From Opitutales bacterium (GTDB lineage: Bacteria > Verrucomicrobiota > Verrucomicrobiia > Opitutales > JABSRG01): a stretch of 16,283 nt of DNA. Below are positions 1-7,330 of this stretch, one piece after another. The DNA is taken from assembly GCA_049599475.1 (NCBI GenBank), contig JBMYOQ010000083.1, positions 1 to 16,283 of the forward strand, written 5' to 3'. Numbering within the stretch: the stretch's first letter is position 1; each line of letters opens with the position of its first letter. The notes below the pieces were generated by a model. The model saw nothing but the letters and a program-made list of their open reading frames with translations. It was not told the DNA's origin and did not search any database. Made by a program: the position numbers and the translations under genes.

Positions 1-84
1 GTAGACAAAACCATATAACCATAAAGCTCAATAATTATTCGAACTGGTATAAGAACGTTAAACCCGGGTTAAAACAGGGCCATG

Positions 85-112
85 AAAAAGCCCGTTCGGT
101 GAAGAACGGGCT
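85..112 (-). terminator. Rho-independent terminator of hpf
   Basis: Perfect 9-bp stem AGCCCGTTC / GAACGGGCT (89-97, 104-112) with a 6-nt loop. The A-run at 85-89 is a U-tail on the minus strand, about 30 nt after the hpf stop. Confidence 0.85.
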
Positions 113-141
113 CATTGAGGAAAATAGGTTTAGGTCAGGAT

Positions 142-510
142 TTAGGCTGCATTCACCTTGGGCAGTTGCGAAGGCAGATCGATATCGTGGGGTTGTTTGC
201 GCTTCACGCGATCATGGCGTGCGCTTCGGCGGAGCTGGCGATCCACCTTCATGACCATTTGGTCGATAGATTTATAGAGATCTGGAGTAGACTCAGAGAC
301 TACGATTGACGGTCCGCGACGTTCCAGAAGGCCACGTGCAACGAATTCGTCTTTTGATTTGGAGTTGTGTTTTTGTTCGAGCTCGACGCGAAGTCGAATT
401 ATCCGGCTTTCATGTTGAAACAGTTTTTCAACTTTTTGATGGACGATGTTCTTGATGGATTCAGTTAAATCGAAGTGATTTGCTGAGATGATGACATCGT
501 GTTGCTTCAT
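142..510 (-). CDS. raiA: Ribosome hibernation promoting factor / RaiA (ribosome-associated translation inhibitor), 122 aa
   Basis: Reads MKQHDVIISANHFDLTESIKNIVHQKVEKL...DLYKSIDQMVMKVDRQLRR, matching the S30AE/HPF pattern. Start moved from 600 to the ATG at 510, which is preceded by AAGGA. Confidence 0.9.
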   Translation of the reverse strand: MKQHDVIISANHFDLTESIKNIVHQKVEKLFQHESRIIRLRVELEQKHNSKSKDEFVARGLLERRGPSIVVSESTPDLYKSIDQMVMKVDRQLRRSARHDRVKRKQPHDIDLPSQLPKVNAA

Positions 511-570
511 GCTTTTATCCTTGGTTGGTTGTTTGATACACACACATCCACCGGTGACGCGTGCAAAATT

Positions 571-1407
571 ATGAAATCTGCCTCTGAAATAACATCCCAC
601 TTTTCCGCTGCTATCATAACAGGAGGATCTTCAGGCATTGGTCTTGCCTTCTTGGAGAACTTGAGACTGGCAGATAAAAATTTCCGCATTTGGAATCTCT
701 CACGGAGTATACCGGAACACTACAAAGAGGTTCCGTATTTCCAACATATTTCGGCTGATTTGGAGGACGAAGTTAAGGTTAAACAGGCTTTTAACGAAAT
801 TCTAAAGAGTCCCGAATACCAAGCATTAGAGGGGCCAATACTGCTCGTGAACAACGCAGGTTTTGGAGTCTACGGGCGATTTTTAGAGGCCCCACTCGAC
901 AAAACCTTGAGTATGATGGACTTAAATATGCGCGGCCTAGTTCATGGTACAGGCATTTTGCTAGAAAGTTTACGAGAGCACGGAGGCACGGTGGTGAATG
1001 TGGCGTCGACGGCATCTTTCCAACCCACGCCCTACCTCGGAGCCTACGGCGCGACCAAGTCTTTCGTGCTACATTGGAGCCTTGCCCTGAATGCTGAGCT
1101 ACAGGCCGAGGGTTTCGGTAAGAAGCTCTGGGTAAGCTGCGTCTGCCCCGGACCCACCGAAACGTCATTTTTCAAGCGCGCAGGTTTGAGCGCTAAGCCT
1201 CCGGAGGCGACAGACTTTCTAAGCATGCAGGCAGACGAAGTGGTGGATATCTCTTTCAAAGGCATATTGAAGCGGAAGCCGATCATTGTCTGCGGTTGGA
1301 AAAACAAACTGATCTCTTTTACCGCACGATGCGGCCCTAAGGTCTGGGTGACCTGGATAGCCGAAAAGGCCCTCTTTATGTGGCGCAATCGACAAATCGA
1401 CAAGTGA
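571..1407 (+). CDS. Short-chain dehydrogenase/reductase (SDR, DltE-like)
   Basis: TGGSSGIG cofactor motif, LVNNAG, VASTAS, catalytic YGATK, CPGPTET. ATG at 571 chosen because it avoids overlap with hpf. Confidence 0.9.
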   Translation: MKSASEITSHFSAAIITGGSSGIGLAFLENLRLADKNFRIWNLSRSIPEHYKEVPYFQHISADLEDEVKVKQAFNEILKSPEYQALEGPILLVNNAGFGVYGRFLEAPLDKTLSMMDLNMRGLVHGTGILLESLREHGGTVVNVASTASFQPTPYLGAYGATKSFVLHWSLALNAELQAEGFGKKLWVSCVCPGPTETSFFKRAGLSAKPPEATDFLSMQADEVVDISFKGILKRKPIIVCGWKNKLISFTARCGPKVWVTWIAEKALFMWRNRQIDK

Positions 1408-1500
1408 CACCATGTTCTCGCAGATACTGATAGTCTCTACATTAGCGTATTAGCCTAGGACTGCCTCTCAGTGGAATCTACCTGAGTTCGGAAAGGCCTA

Positions 1501-1525
1501 CTCCGCTCAGAGACCGGAGGCTACC
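1501..1525 (-). repeat. REP-like element: GTAG followed by an imperfect palindrome
   Basis: Minus strand reads GGTAG-C-CTCCGGTC-TCT-GAGCGGAG, an 8-bp stem with one mismatch and GTAG at the 5' foot. It lies between convergent genes. Only one clear copy in the window. Confidence 0.4.
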
Positions 1526-1567
1526 TTGATCGCAGCAAGCTTTATTCGCGGCGGCCTTTTCTGACTG

Positions 1568-2131
1568 CTACGCTTTGGGATTGGCAGCCAAGCTACGATA
1601 TTTGAGCAAGAGGGTGTCGGTGTCTTCTAGCTTCTCCACGCTCAGGAGCTTCAGTTCAGCATCATGGAGACCCGGGCATAAGGGGCGCCCACTGCCAAAA
1701 ATCCGAGGCTCCATCGATAGCCACCATTCATCGATGCACGCTTCTGCTAGAAACGAGGCATAGGCATCGCTTCCTCCTAGATGTGCGCAACGGCTGAAGC
1801 CACGGTCCCTGAGGCCCTTGATAATCTCGGGTGGCTTCTTATCGGAAAACTCCAACTGTCCCGCCACGGCCATGTGTGCGTATTCTTCGGGATTACGCGT
1901 TATCACGACGCGCAGGCGCTCAGGGCTCAGTTTGCTGAGAATAAAGTCCTTCGATGCCTCAAAAGTCGTACGGCCCAGTACGCTGCAATCAAATCCTTTC
2001 AGGCAATCGACAAAATGCCGCTTGTCCGCAGGTGAGGTAAACGCATTCCCCGGCGTATCGTGGAAGGTAATCATTCCATCCACTGACATCGCCGCAATGG
2101 CTACGACTTCGATTGTCTCTGAGCTTTCCAA
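1568..2131 (-). CDS. Dihydrofolate reductase / RibD C-terminal family protein
   Basis: AIAAMSVDGMIT, DKRHF, VLGRTTFE, HLGG, EPRIFGSGRPL and C-terminal LLLKY motifs. TTG start is uncertain. Confidence 0.8.
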   Translation of the reverse strand: MESSETIEVVAIAAMSVDGMITFHDTPGNAFTSPADKRHFVDCLKGFDCSVLGRTTFEASKDFILSKLSPERLRVVITRNPEEYAHMAVAGQLEFSDKKPPEIIKGLRDRGFSRCAHLGGSDAYASFLAEACIDEWWLSMEPRIFGSGRPLCPGLHDAELKLLSVEKLEDTDTLLLKYRSLAANPKA

Positions 2132-2189
2132 GCAATCAGGGTGCTATCCCGTTTGCATGAATTCAAACGCAAAGCGCTAAAACCTAGCT

Positions 2190-3137
2190 CTAAGATGCAG
2201 CAGTCTCGGCAACTGCAGCCTCTTCGACCGCCTCTTCGCCTTCTTCTTTCACAGGATAAGCCCCACCTGTTAGCAGATGGATGAACTTCTTCATAGCTGG
2301 TGTGAGCACCCGACCTTTCCGATGAATGATCGCCAATGGGCGCATCTGTGAAATGCCGCGAATACGAATCTGCTTCAAGAGACCCTGTGCGACTTCCTGC
2401 TCTACCGTTGCTGATGGCACAACGGCGACGCCCGCATCGATTTCAACGGCCCGTTTGACCGTTTCGATATTATCGAACTCCATGCTCGGATCGATATCCA
2501 GCTGAGCATCTCTAAAGATACTGTCAGTCGCCTTACGCGTCGGAATATCCTGCTCGAATCCGATGATCTTCTGTCCATCGATCTGTCGAACATCGACAAC
2601 CGTATGCTCAGAAAGCGGATTATTCGGGGAAGCAATCACAACGAGCTCGTCCTCTGCAAACGGGATGATCTCCAACTGGCGCATTTTTATCGGATAAGCA
2701 ACCAGCCCCAAATCCACACTATTGTGCAGGACATCTTCGTAAACCAAGTTGGCTCGACGGTACTCCACGCGGACATTTACCGACGGGAACTTCTGCATAA
2801 ACTCTTTAATATACGGCGGCAGCTCATGCAGACCAATACTGTAAATAGTAGAGAGTTGGATCGTGCCACTGATGACCTTCTTCATCTCCTGCAGCTCAGA
2901 ATTCAGCTTCTCATAGAGGTGCAGAATCTCCTTTGCGGAGTCGTAGAGCTTATCGCCTTCACGCGTCAAACGGAACTGTTTCTGGCTTCGATCAACAATC
3001 AACACATTGAAGTGTTTTTCCATGGCTCGAAGCTGCTGGCTCACAGCCGACTGAGTGATACCATTTAGCTTAGCTGCTCGCGAAAAGCTCTCACTATCCA
3101 CGAGGTCGGAAAAGATCCTCAGGTTCTCGATATGCAT
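2190..3137 (-). CDS. LysR-family transcriptional regulator
   Basis: N-terminal HTH (SFSRAAKLNGITQSAVSQQLRAME...LTREG), substrate-binding domain (VDLGL, EFDNIETVKRAVE), acidic low-complexity tail. Confidence 0.95.
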   Translation of the reverse strand: MHIENLRIFSDLVDSESFSRAAKLNGITQSAVSQQLRAMEKHFNVLIVDRSQKQFRLTREGDKLYDSAKEILHLYEKLNSELQEMKKVISGTIQLSTIYSIGLHELPPYIKEFMQKFPSVNVRVEYRRANLVYEDVLHNSVDLGLVAYPIKMRQLEIIPFAEDELVVIASPNNPLSEHTVVDVRQIDGQKIIGFEQDIPTRKATDSIFRDAQLDIDPSMEFDNIETVKRAVEIDAGVAVVPSATVEQEVAQGLLKQIRIRGISQMRPLAIIHRKGRVLTPAMKKFIHLLTGGAYPVKEEGEEAVEEAAVAETAAS

Positions 3138-3145
3138 GACACTTC

Positions 3146-3173
3146 TTGATAATTTATTCTAATAATAAATCAA
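3146..3173. promoter_or_regulatory. AT-rich dyad upstream of lysR, candidate autoregulatory site
   Basis: TTGAT...TTATT-CT-AATAA...ATCAA imperfect inverted repeat, 9 nt upstream of the lysR start, in the divergent lysR/response-regulator spacer. Confidence 0.4.
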
Positions 3174-3300
3174 TGAATTTATAAAATATTTTAAGCGCTA
3201 ATAGTTAAAACCTCCGATCAGCCATAAATCTTTCTAGGTTTAGCTCTCCTTAAATCCGGAAAAAGGTGCAAATTAATCGCTAATCAGAGACTTCGCTCGC

Positions 3301-3328
3301 TCAAGAGAGATAACGACTTGGTCGATGT
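3301..3328 (+). promoter_or_regulatory. Possible sigma28/FliA-type promoter of the response regulator
   Basis: TCAAG-N15-GTCGATGT ends 15 nt before the ATG at 3344 and resembles T(A/C)AAG-N14-GCCGATAA. Confidence 0.3.
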
Positions 3329-3343
3329 TTACCTAATAGAATC

Positions 3344-4669
3344 ATGGGATATAAGATCCTCATAGTCGACGACGACGCCACTTTCAACCAACTCCTGACA
3401 GACATCTTCCGACAGGCGGGTCACGACGTGGAATCCGTGCAGGATCCACTTTCCGCGCTCGAGCGTACGGAGTCAGAGGAATTGGATCTCCTAGTAACCG
3501 ACCATCGGATGCCGGAACTTACTGGCCATGAGCTATTTAAGCGAGTCCGTAAGGCTAAGCCGAACGTTCCCATTGTCATCGTCTCAGGATATTTGAGCAA
3601 TGCGAATATCCGCTCACTGATTGAGGAAGGTATCAATGGCGTTTACATCAAGCCCCTCAATGTGTTTGCCCTGCTGAAACAGGCCGAGGACTTGATTTCT
3701 CAATCCAAGATCGGCGAACTCGGCGCGCATCAGCGAACTCTGAGCGACAAGGAGACGAAGGACCATACCGACCGACTCCCCTTCCCTTTCAAAGCATTTC
3801 CCTGCGTCCACCAAAAGTCTGAAGCTTTCGCTCGGCGCCTTTTCGAGCTGCGTAATTTCAAATCGACCCTGGTCTTAATCGGAGCCGGCGGGACCCCGTT
3901 CAAGCAAATTTGCAACGATCTGGCCAACTTCGACACGGGCCAAACCGAGTATTTTGATTACCTGAATGCCAATCTGCTGAATTCAGACACCCTTTTCTCA
4001 CGTCTCAAGAGCGCCAAGGAGAAGGACGTCAGCCGATTGACGTTCGTAATCCGCGACCTCGAGAAAATCACAAATACGGGTCGAGATCTCATCGTCTCGC
4101 TGATCAAGGGAGAGCCCCCTTACGACGTCCTACCTTCCGGTTCGCGCGCAGTTTTCTGTACCAGCAAAGACGTAGATAATTTGTATGATGAAGGCCTCAT
4201 CGATGATCGCATGTATGTGCTCATGGGTGCGGGCGAGCTCAGAGTGCCCAGCCTTCGCTCAATCCCGGACGACATTCCTGCGCTAGCAAGACAACTCCTC
4301 GAGGAGATCGCCTCGAATCTCGGCCATTCTCAAATTCCAGTTCTAGGTGCCGGAAGCAGCAAGCTACTCAAGAGCTGGTCATGGTCGGGTAACTTAGAGG
4401 AGCTCAAAGAGACTTTAGAACGCGTCATTCGGGAAAACCCCAATGAAACCCTCACACCCGATATGTTTCAGGGCAAGAACAAGACATCAGAGGTGGCTGT
4501 CACCGAAGCCGATTTTATCGAGATGTTGAATGCTCAGAAGAAACAAATTCTGCAGGGCATTAAAACGATCGCTAATCATCGCCAAGACACCATAGAGGCC
4601 ATTCTGAACGGGGGAATTAGCCATACGGACTCATCAGGCAGTCCAATGAGTGAGCGCCAATCTGCTTAG
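3344..4669 (+). CDS. Response regulator: receiver domain fused to a degenerate NtrC-like AAA+ domain
   Basis: Receiver motifs KILIVDDD, LLVTDHRMPELTG, IVSGY, IKP. Downstream LRVPSLRSIPDDIPALA and WSWSGNLEELKETLER match the sigma54-activator lid. Walker A is degenerate (IGAGGTPF) and GAFTGA is absent. Confidence 0.85.
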   Translation: MGYKILIVDDDATFNQLLTDIFRQAGHDVESVQDPLSALERTESEELDLLVTDHRMPELTGHELFKRVRKAKPNVPIVIVSGYLSNANIRSLIEEGINGVYIKPLNVFALLKQAEDLISQSKIGELGAHQRTLSDKETKDHTDRLPFPFKAFPCVHQKSEAFARRLFELRNFKSTLVLIGAGGTPFKQICNDLANFDTGQTEYFDYLNANLLNSDTLFSRLKSAKEKDVSRLTFVIRDLEKITNTGRDLIVSLIKGEPPYDVLPSGSRAVFCTSKDVDNLYDEGLIDDRMYVLMGAGELRVPSLRSIPDDIPALARQLLEEIASNLGHSQIPVLGAGSSKLLKSWSWSGNLEELKETLERVIRENPNETLTPDMFQGKNKTSEVAVTEADFIEMLNAQKKQILQGIKTIANHRQDTIEAILNGGISHTDSSGSPMSERQSA

Positions 4670-4964
4670 AGCAGGTATTGCCCATCATCTCTAGCTTTCA
4701 CCTGATTGGCAGGAGTCAGCTGACAATCCTATCGAAGTATCTCTGTCATGGTAGGAACAATACTTCTCATATAAATATCCACGCTTACGAAGGGCAGGAT
4801 TCGTTGGCCGAGCCGTCCCGGCAAGCCGAAGCAGCGATTAAGAAAAATGTTATGGATTATCGCTAGCTTTTCTCGAAAGACGGGCATTAAACGCAGAGGC
4901 TGCCTCGGAGATGTAAGCCCTCCCCTGTGTTTGTGTAGATGGTTTTGAGAAAGGGTCTATAAAC

Positions 4965-4991
4965 AAAAAAGGCCCATATTATCTATGAGCC
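4965..4991 (-). terminator. Rho-independent terminator of the porin/small-protein operon
   Basis: Minus strand GGCTCATA-GATAA-TATGGGCC-TTTTTT: 8-bp stem with one U-G pair. A T-run on the other side may make it bidirectional. Confidence 0.75.
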
Positions 4992-5028
4992 ATTTTTAGA
5001 GAGTTATCTAAAACTCGAATTCAAGTTG

Positions 5029-5382
5029 TTATTTCACGATCAATACCTTGGCGCCGCCCTCTTCGCCGACTGGGACGTAGCCAAAACTGTTCTCATTTTC
5101 CATGACAAAACTGACCATAGATTCGACGTCTCCTTGTTCACGCGGCGCAATACCTTTACCCGTGAATATAAGCTTTTTCCAAGCGCGCTTGAATTGGCTT
5201 CCAGAGCGCCCAGTAATGGCCTTGATGACTGATTCATTAAAATCACCGCCCTTGTAGACAGCCAAGCGCACCGCACTGCCAGTCTCCCAGCGATTTAAAG
5301 CGCCCACCAAGATCGATTTAGCATCGGCGGCGCTAATCGAATTGGTCGCATTAGATGGATGCGTAATGATCGAATACTCAGC
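5029..5382. repeat. Near-identical direct repeat, copy 1 (pairs with 6896-7249)
   Basis: Manual alignment over 354 bp gives about 15 substitutions, all synonymous or in the stop codon (TAA vs TGA). Confidence 0.95.
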
Positions 5383-5442
5383 AGCATTTACGATAGAAGC
5401 AATCGTCAAAAAACCCGCAATAATGATTTTTCTAATGTTCAT
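5029..5442 (-). CDS. Small secreted periplasmic-binding-protein-like protein, copy A (family usually auto-annotated as phosphate ABC transporter substrate-binding protein)
   Basis: 20-aa signal peptide ending VNA, then IITHPSN...RWETG...WKKLIFTGKGIAP...FGYV. At 137 aa it is about half the size of a true PstS. Confidence 0.8.
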   Translation of the reverse strand: MNIRKIIIAGFLTIASIVNAAEYSIITHPSNATNSISAADAKSILVGALNRWETGSAVRLAVYKGGDFNESVIKAITGRSGSQFKRAWKKLIFTGKGIAPREQGDVESMVSFVMENENSFGYVPVGEEGGAKVLIVK

Positions 5443-5455
5443 CAGGATACCCGGG

Positions 5456-6742
5456 TTAGAATGTCATTGTAGTCTTGAAGACGTAATATTCCCAGGAATC
5501 ATTTGCGCTCAAGTCAACGCCGCGTGTGGTCTCTCCAATGATATTGGTACCATCCATAAAATGGGCTTCAGCTTTAAGGAGCAAAAAGTCCGTAAGCCAA
5601 TAACTTGCTGCCGCGGCGAAACCAGTGGTTTCATCATCCGGAACCTGGTAGTTTGCATCGTTTTCGGAGTATTGTATCCCGGCCGCAAGCTTCTCCGTAA
5701 ATTGATATGTGCCTTTCAAATACCATGCTCGTGATCGGATCAAGGGAGCCTCTTCGGTGCTCGTTACTCCCAAACCTGGAATAAAAAACACTGCATCCCC
5801 TTCTTGGTTTTTCACCTCAGCAGTGAAGGTAAAATCATTCAATGAATACTCCAAAAACGCGAACTCGGTGTGAATTTCGGCGTCTGTAATATTATTTGCC
5901 GTCCCTGCTAGCGCAATATCCCATGCTTGCTCTGGAGACAAACCAGGGATCCCTTGCAGCGCAAGTGCTTGAGCAACACCCGCACCAGTTGCCTGAGCGA
6001 ATGCTAGGCTTGTACCCGTAAGGTTATTCGTAAATTCGATGGTACTTTCGGCACTGCTCTCAGGAATATAGACCACAGAAGCACCCATACGTAAGCCGTC
6101 AATCGGAGTATTCCAGATACCCCATGCTCCATAGTTTACGCTTTCGATATCCCAACCCTCGAAAGTAGACCAGTCATTCACCGAGTTTTCGGTAAAATAG
6201 CTATCCCTATCAATATCATCGATCCACCCAGCAGTGAGTCTGTATTCGAACGAACCAGCAGAACCCAGTTCAATTAGCCCCCCTGCAGCAATACCATTAA
6301 TACTGGCTCCTAGAGGTCGCGCAGTTCTTGAATATAGCCCCAAGGGTAGCGTCGCAAAGGTTCTCACAACATCTAGATCTTGAGTATGGTTGTGAAGTCC
6401 ATTGTATAGTTTATTTTTACCTACCCAGACGCCGAATTCGGGCGTCCATTGATAGCTGACACCACCCCAATCTAGAATAATATCAGAATAACCATCCAAC
6501 GTGTAAGCATATAGCTGAGCGCCCACTTGAACACCATTGTCGAATTGATACATACCATTATAAATAAATTCGACACTGTTTAAATCCAGACTGTCAGCTT
6601 CCTCTACATAAAACGGATACTCAGTAGAATACGAAGCGGTCACACTCAGAGAGCCGCTGAAGTATATGTCGTCAAGCTCAATAGCTTGAAGCGACGCAGC
6701 CACCATTAGAGTAGCCATAGCTTTTGAAACACCTTTAATCAT
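5456..6742 (-). CDS. Outer-membrane porin-like beta-barrel protein, copy A
   Basis: Signal peptide ending LQA, amphipathic beta-strands rich in Y/F/W, C-terminal beta-signal (YYVFKTTMTF). Paralog of 7331-8608. Confidence 0.8.
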   Translation of the reverse strand: MIKGVSKAMATLMVAASLQAIELDDIYFSGSLSVTASYSTEYPFYVEEADSLDLNSVEFIYNGMYQFDNGVQVGAQLYAYTLDGYSDIILDWGGVSYQWTPEFGVWVGKNKLYNGLHNHTQDLDVVRTFATLPLGLYSRTARPLGASINGIAAGGLIELGSAGSFEYRLTAGWIDDIDRDSYFTENSVNDWSTFEGWDIESVNYGAWGIWNTPIDGLRMGASVVYIPESSAESTIEFTNNLTGTSLAFAQATGAGVAQALALQGIPGLSPEQAWDIALAGTANNITDAEIHTEFAFLEYSLNDFTFTAEVKNQEGDAVFFIPGLGVTSTEEAPLIRSRAWYLKGTYQFTEKLAAGIQYSENDANYQVPDDETTGFAAAASYWLTDFLLLKAEAHFMDGTNIIGETTRGVDLSANDSWEYYVFKTTMTF

Positions 6743-6813
6743 ATAGCAATATAGGTCTTTAGTTTGTATTTTTCGGCCCCTACAAAGTTTATACAGGAGA
6801 CCAGAAATAACGA

Positions 6814-6847
6814 GAGGTCAGCGGATGCATCAGGCATCCGTGACCTC
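6814..6847. other. Strong intercistronic hairpin between the two modules (partial terminator or stabilising stem)
   Basis: GAGGTCA-g-CGGATGC-atcag-GCATCCG-TGACCTC: 14 bp stem with one bulge. Only a weak U-rich tail (TCGTTATTT) follows on the minus strand. Confidence 0.7.
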
Positions 6848-6895
6848 ATTCAAATTCAATTTAAATCTCAGGCTATCAAGCACAGGTCGATTAGA

Positions 6896-7249
6896 TCATT
6901 TCACGATCAATACCTTAGCGCCGCCCTCTTCGCCGACTGGGACGTAGCCAAAACTGTTCTCGTTTTCCATGACAAAACTGACCATAGACTCTACGTCTCC
7001 TTGTTCACGCGGCGCGATACCTTTACCTGTGAAGATAAGCTTTTTCCAAGCACGCTTGAATTGGCTTCCAGAGCGCCCAGTAATGGCCTTGATGACTGAT
7101 TCATTAAAATCTCCGCCCTTGTAGACAGCCAAGCGCACCGCACTTCCAGTCTCCCAGCGATTTAAAGCGCCCACCAAGATCGATTTAGCATCGGCGGCAC
7201 TAATCGAATTGGTCGCATTAGATGGATGCGTAATGATTGAATATTCCGC
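6896..7249. repeat. Near-identical direct repeat, copy 2 (pairs with 5029-5382)
   Basis: Same alignment as copy 1, offset 1867 bp. Confidence 0.95.
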
Positions 7250-7309
7250 CGAGAAGGCATTCGCCCCCAAGAACAGCGTAATAATAGAGATGATGTATTT
7301 AAGTTTCAT
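6896..7309 (-). CDS. Small secreted periplasmic-binding-protein-like protein, copy B
   Basis: Different 20-aa signal peptide (MKLKYIISIITLFLGANAFS). The remaining 117 aa are identical to copy A. AAGGAAG ribosome-binding site upstream. Confidence 0.8.
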   Translation of the reverse strand: MKLKYIISIITLFLGANAFSAEYSIITHPSNATNSISAADAKSILVGALNRWETGSAVRLAVYKGGDFNESVIKAITGRSGSQFKRAWKKLIFTGKGIAPREQGDVESMVSFVMENENSFGYVPVGEEGGAKVLIVK

Positions 7310-7330
7310 GACTCGTTGCTTCCTTTTCGA

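Noticed and set aside
30..70. Short perfect palindromes AATAATTATT (30-39) and AACCCGGGTT (61-70)
   Set aside because: They are 10 bp each and the gene they might regulate is outside the window, so no function can be supported.
499..600. Overlapping long N-termini of hpf (to 600) and the SDR (from 499)
   Set aside because: These are longest-ORF artefacts. Family similarity starts at 510 and 571. The same applies to the extensions 8609-8722, 12979-12999 and 13524-13574.
2132..2158. In-frame ATG-CAA-ACG-GGA-TAG upstream of the DHFR-like gene, as a uORF or amber readthrough
   Set aside because: Four codons can arise by chance, and the DHFR-like fold already begins properly after the TTG at 2131.
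3148..3166. Fur box upstream of lysR
   Set aside because: Only about 9 of 19 positions match the consensus in a very AT-rich tract, and no iron genes are nearby.
4860..4910. c-di-GMP riboswitch suggested by a CGAAAG stem-loop
   Set aside because: The conserved GCAAA/GACGCAAAGC context is absent, and the site lies downstream of convergent genes rather than in a leader.
5026..7099. Duplicated plus-strand ORFs 5026-5232 and 6764-7099
   Set aside because: They are antisense shadows of the duplicated small genes. The substitutions are synonymous in the minus-strand frame but change residues in these ORFs.
5029..7309. Calling the small proteins pstS and the locus a phosphate uptake system
   Set aside because: They are only 117 aa mature, no pstCAB or phoU is in the window, and I saw no Pho box.
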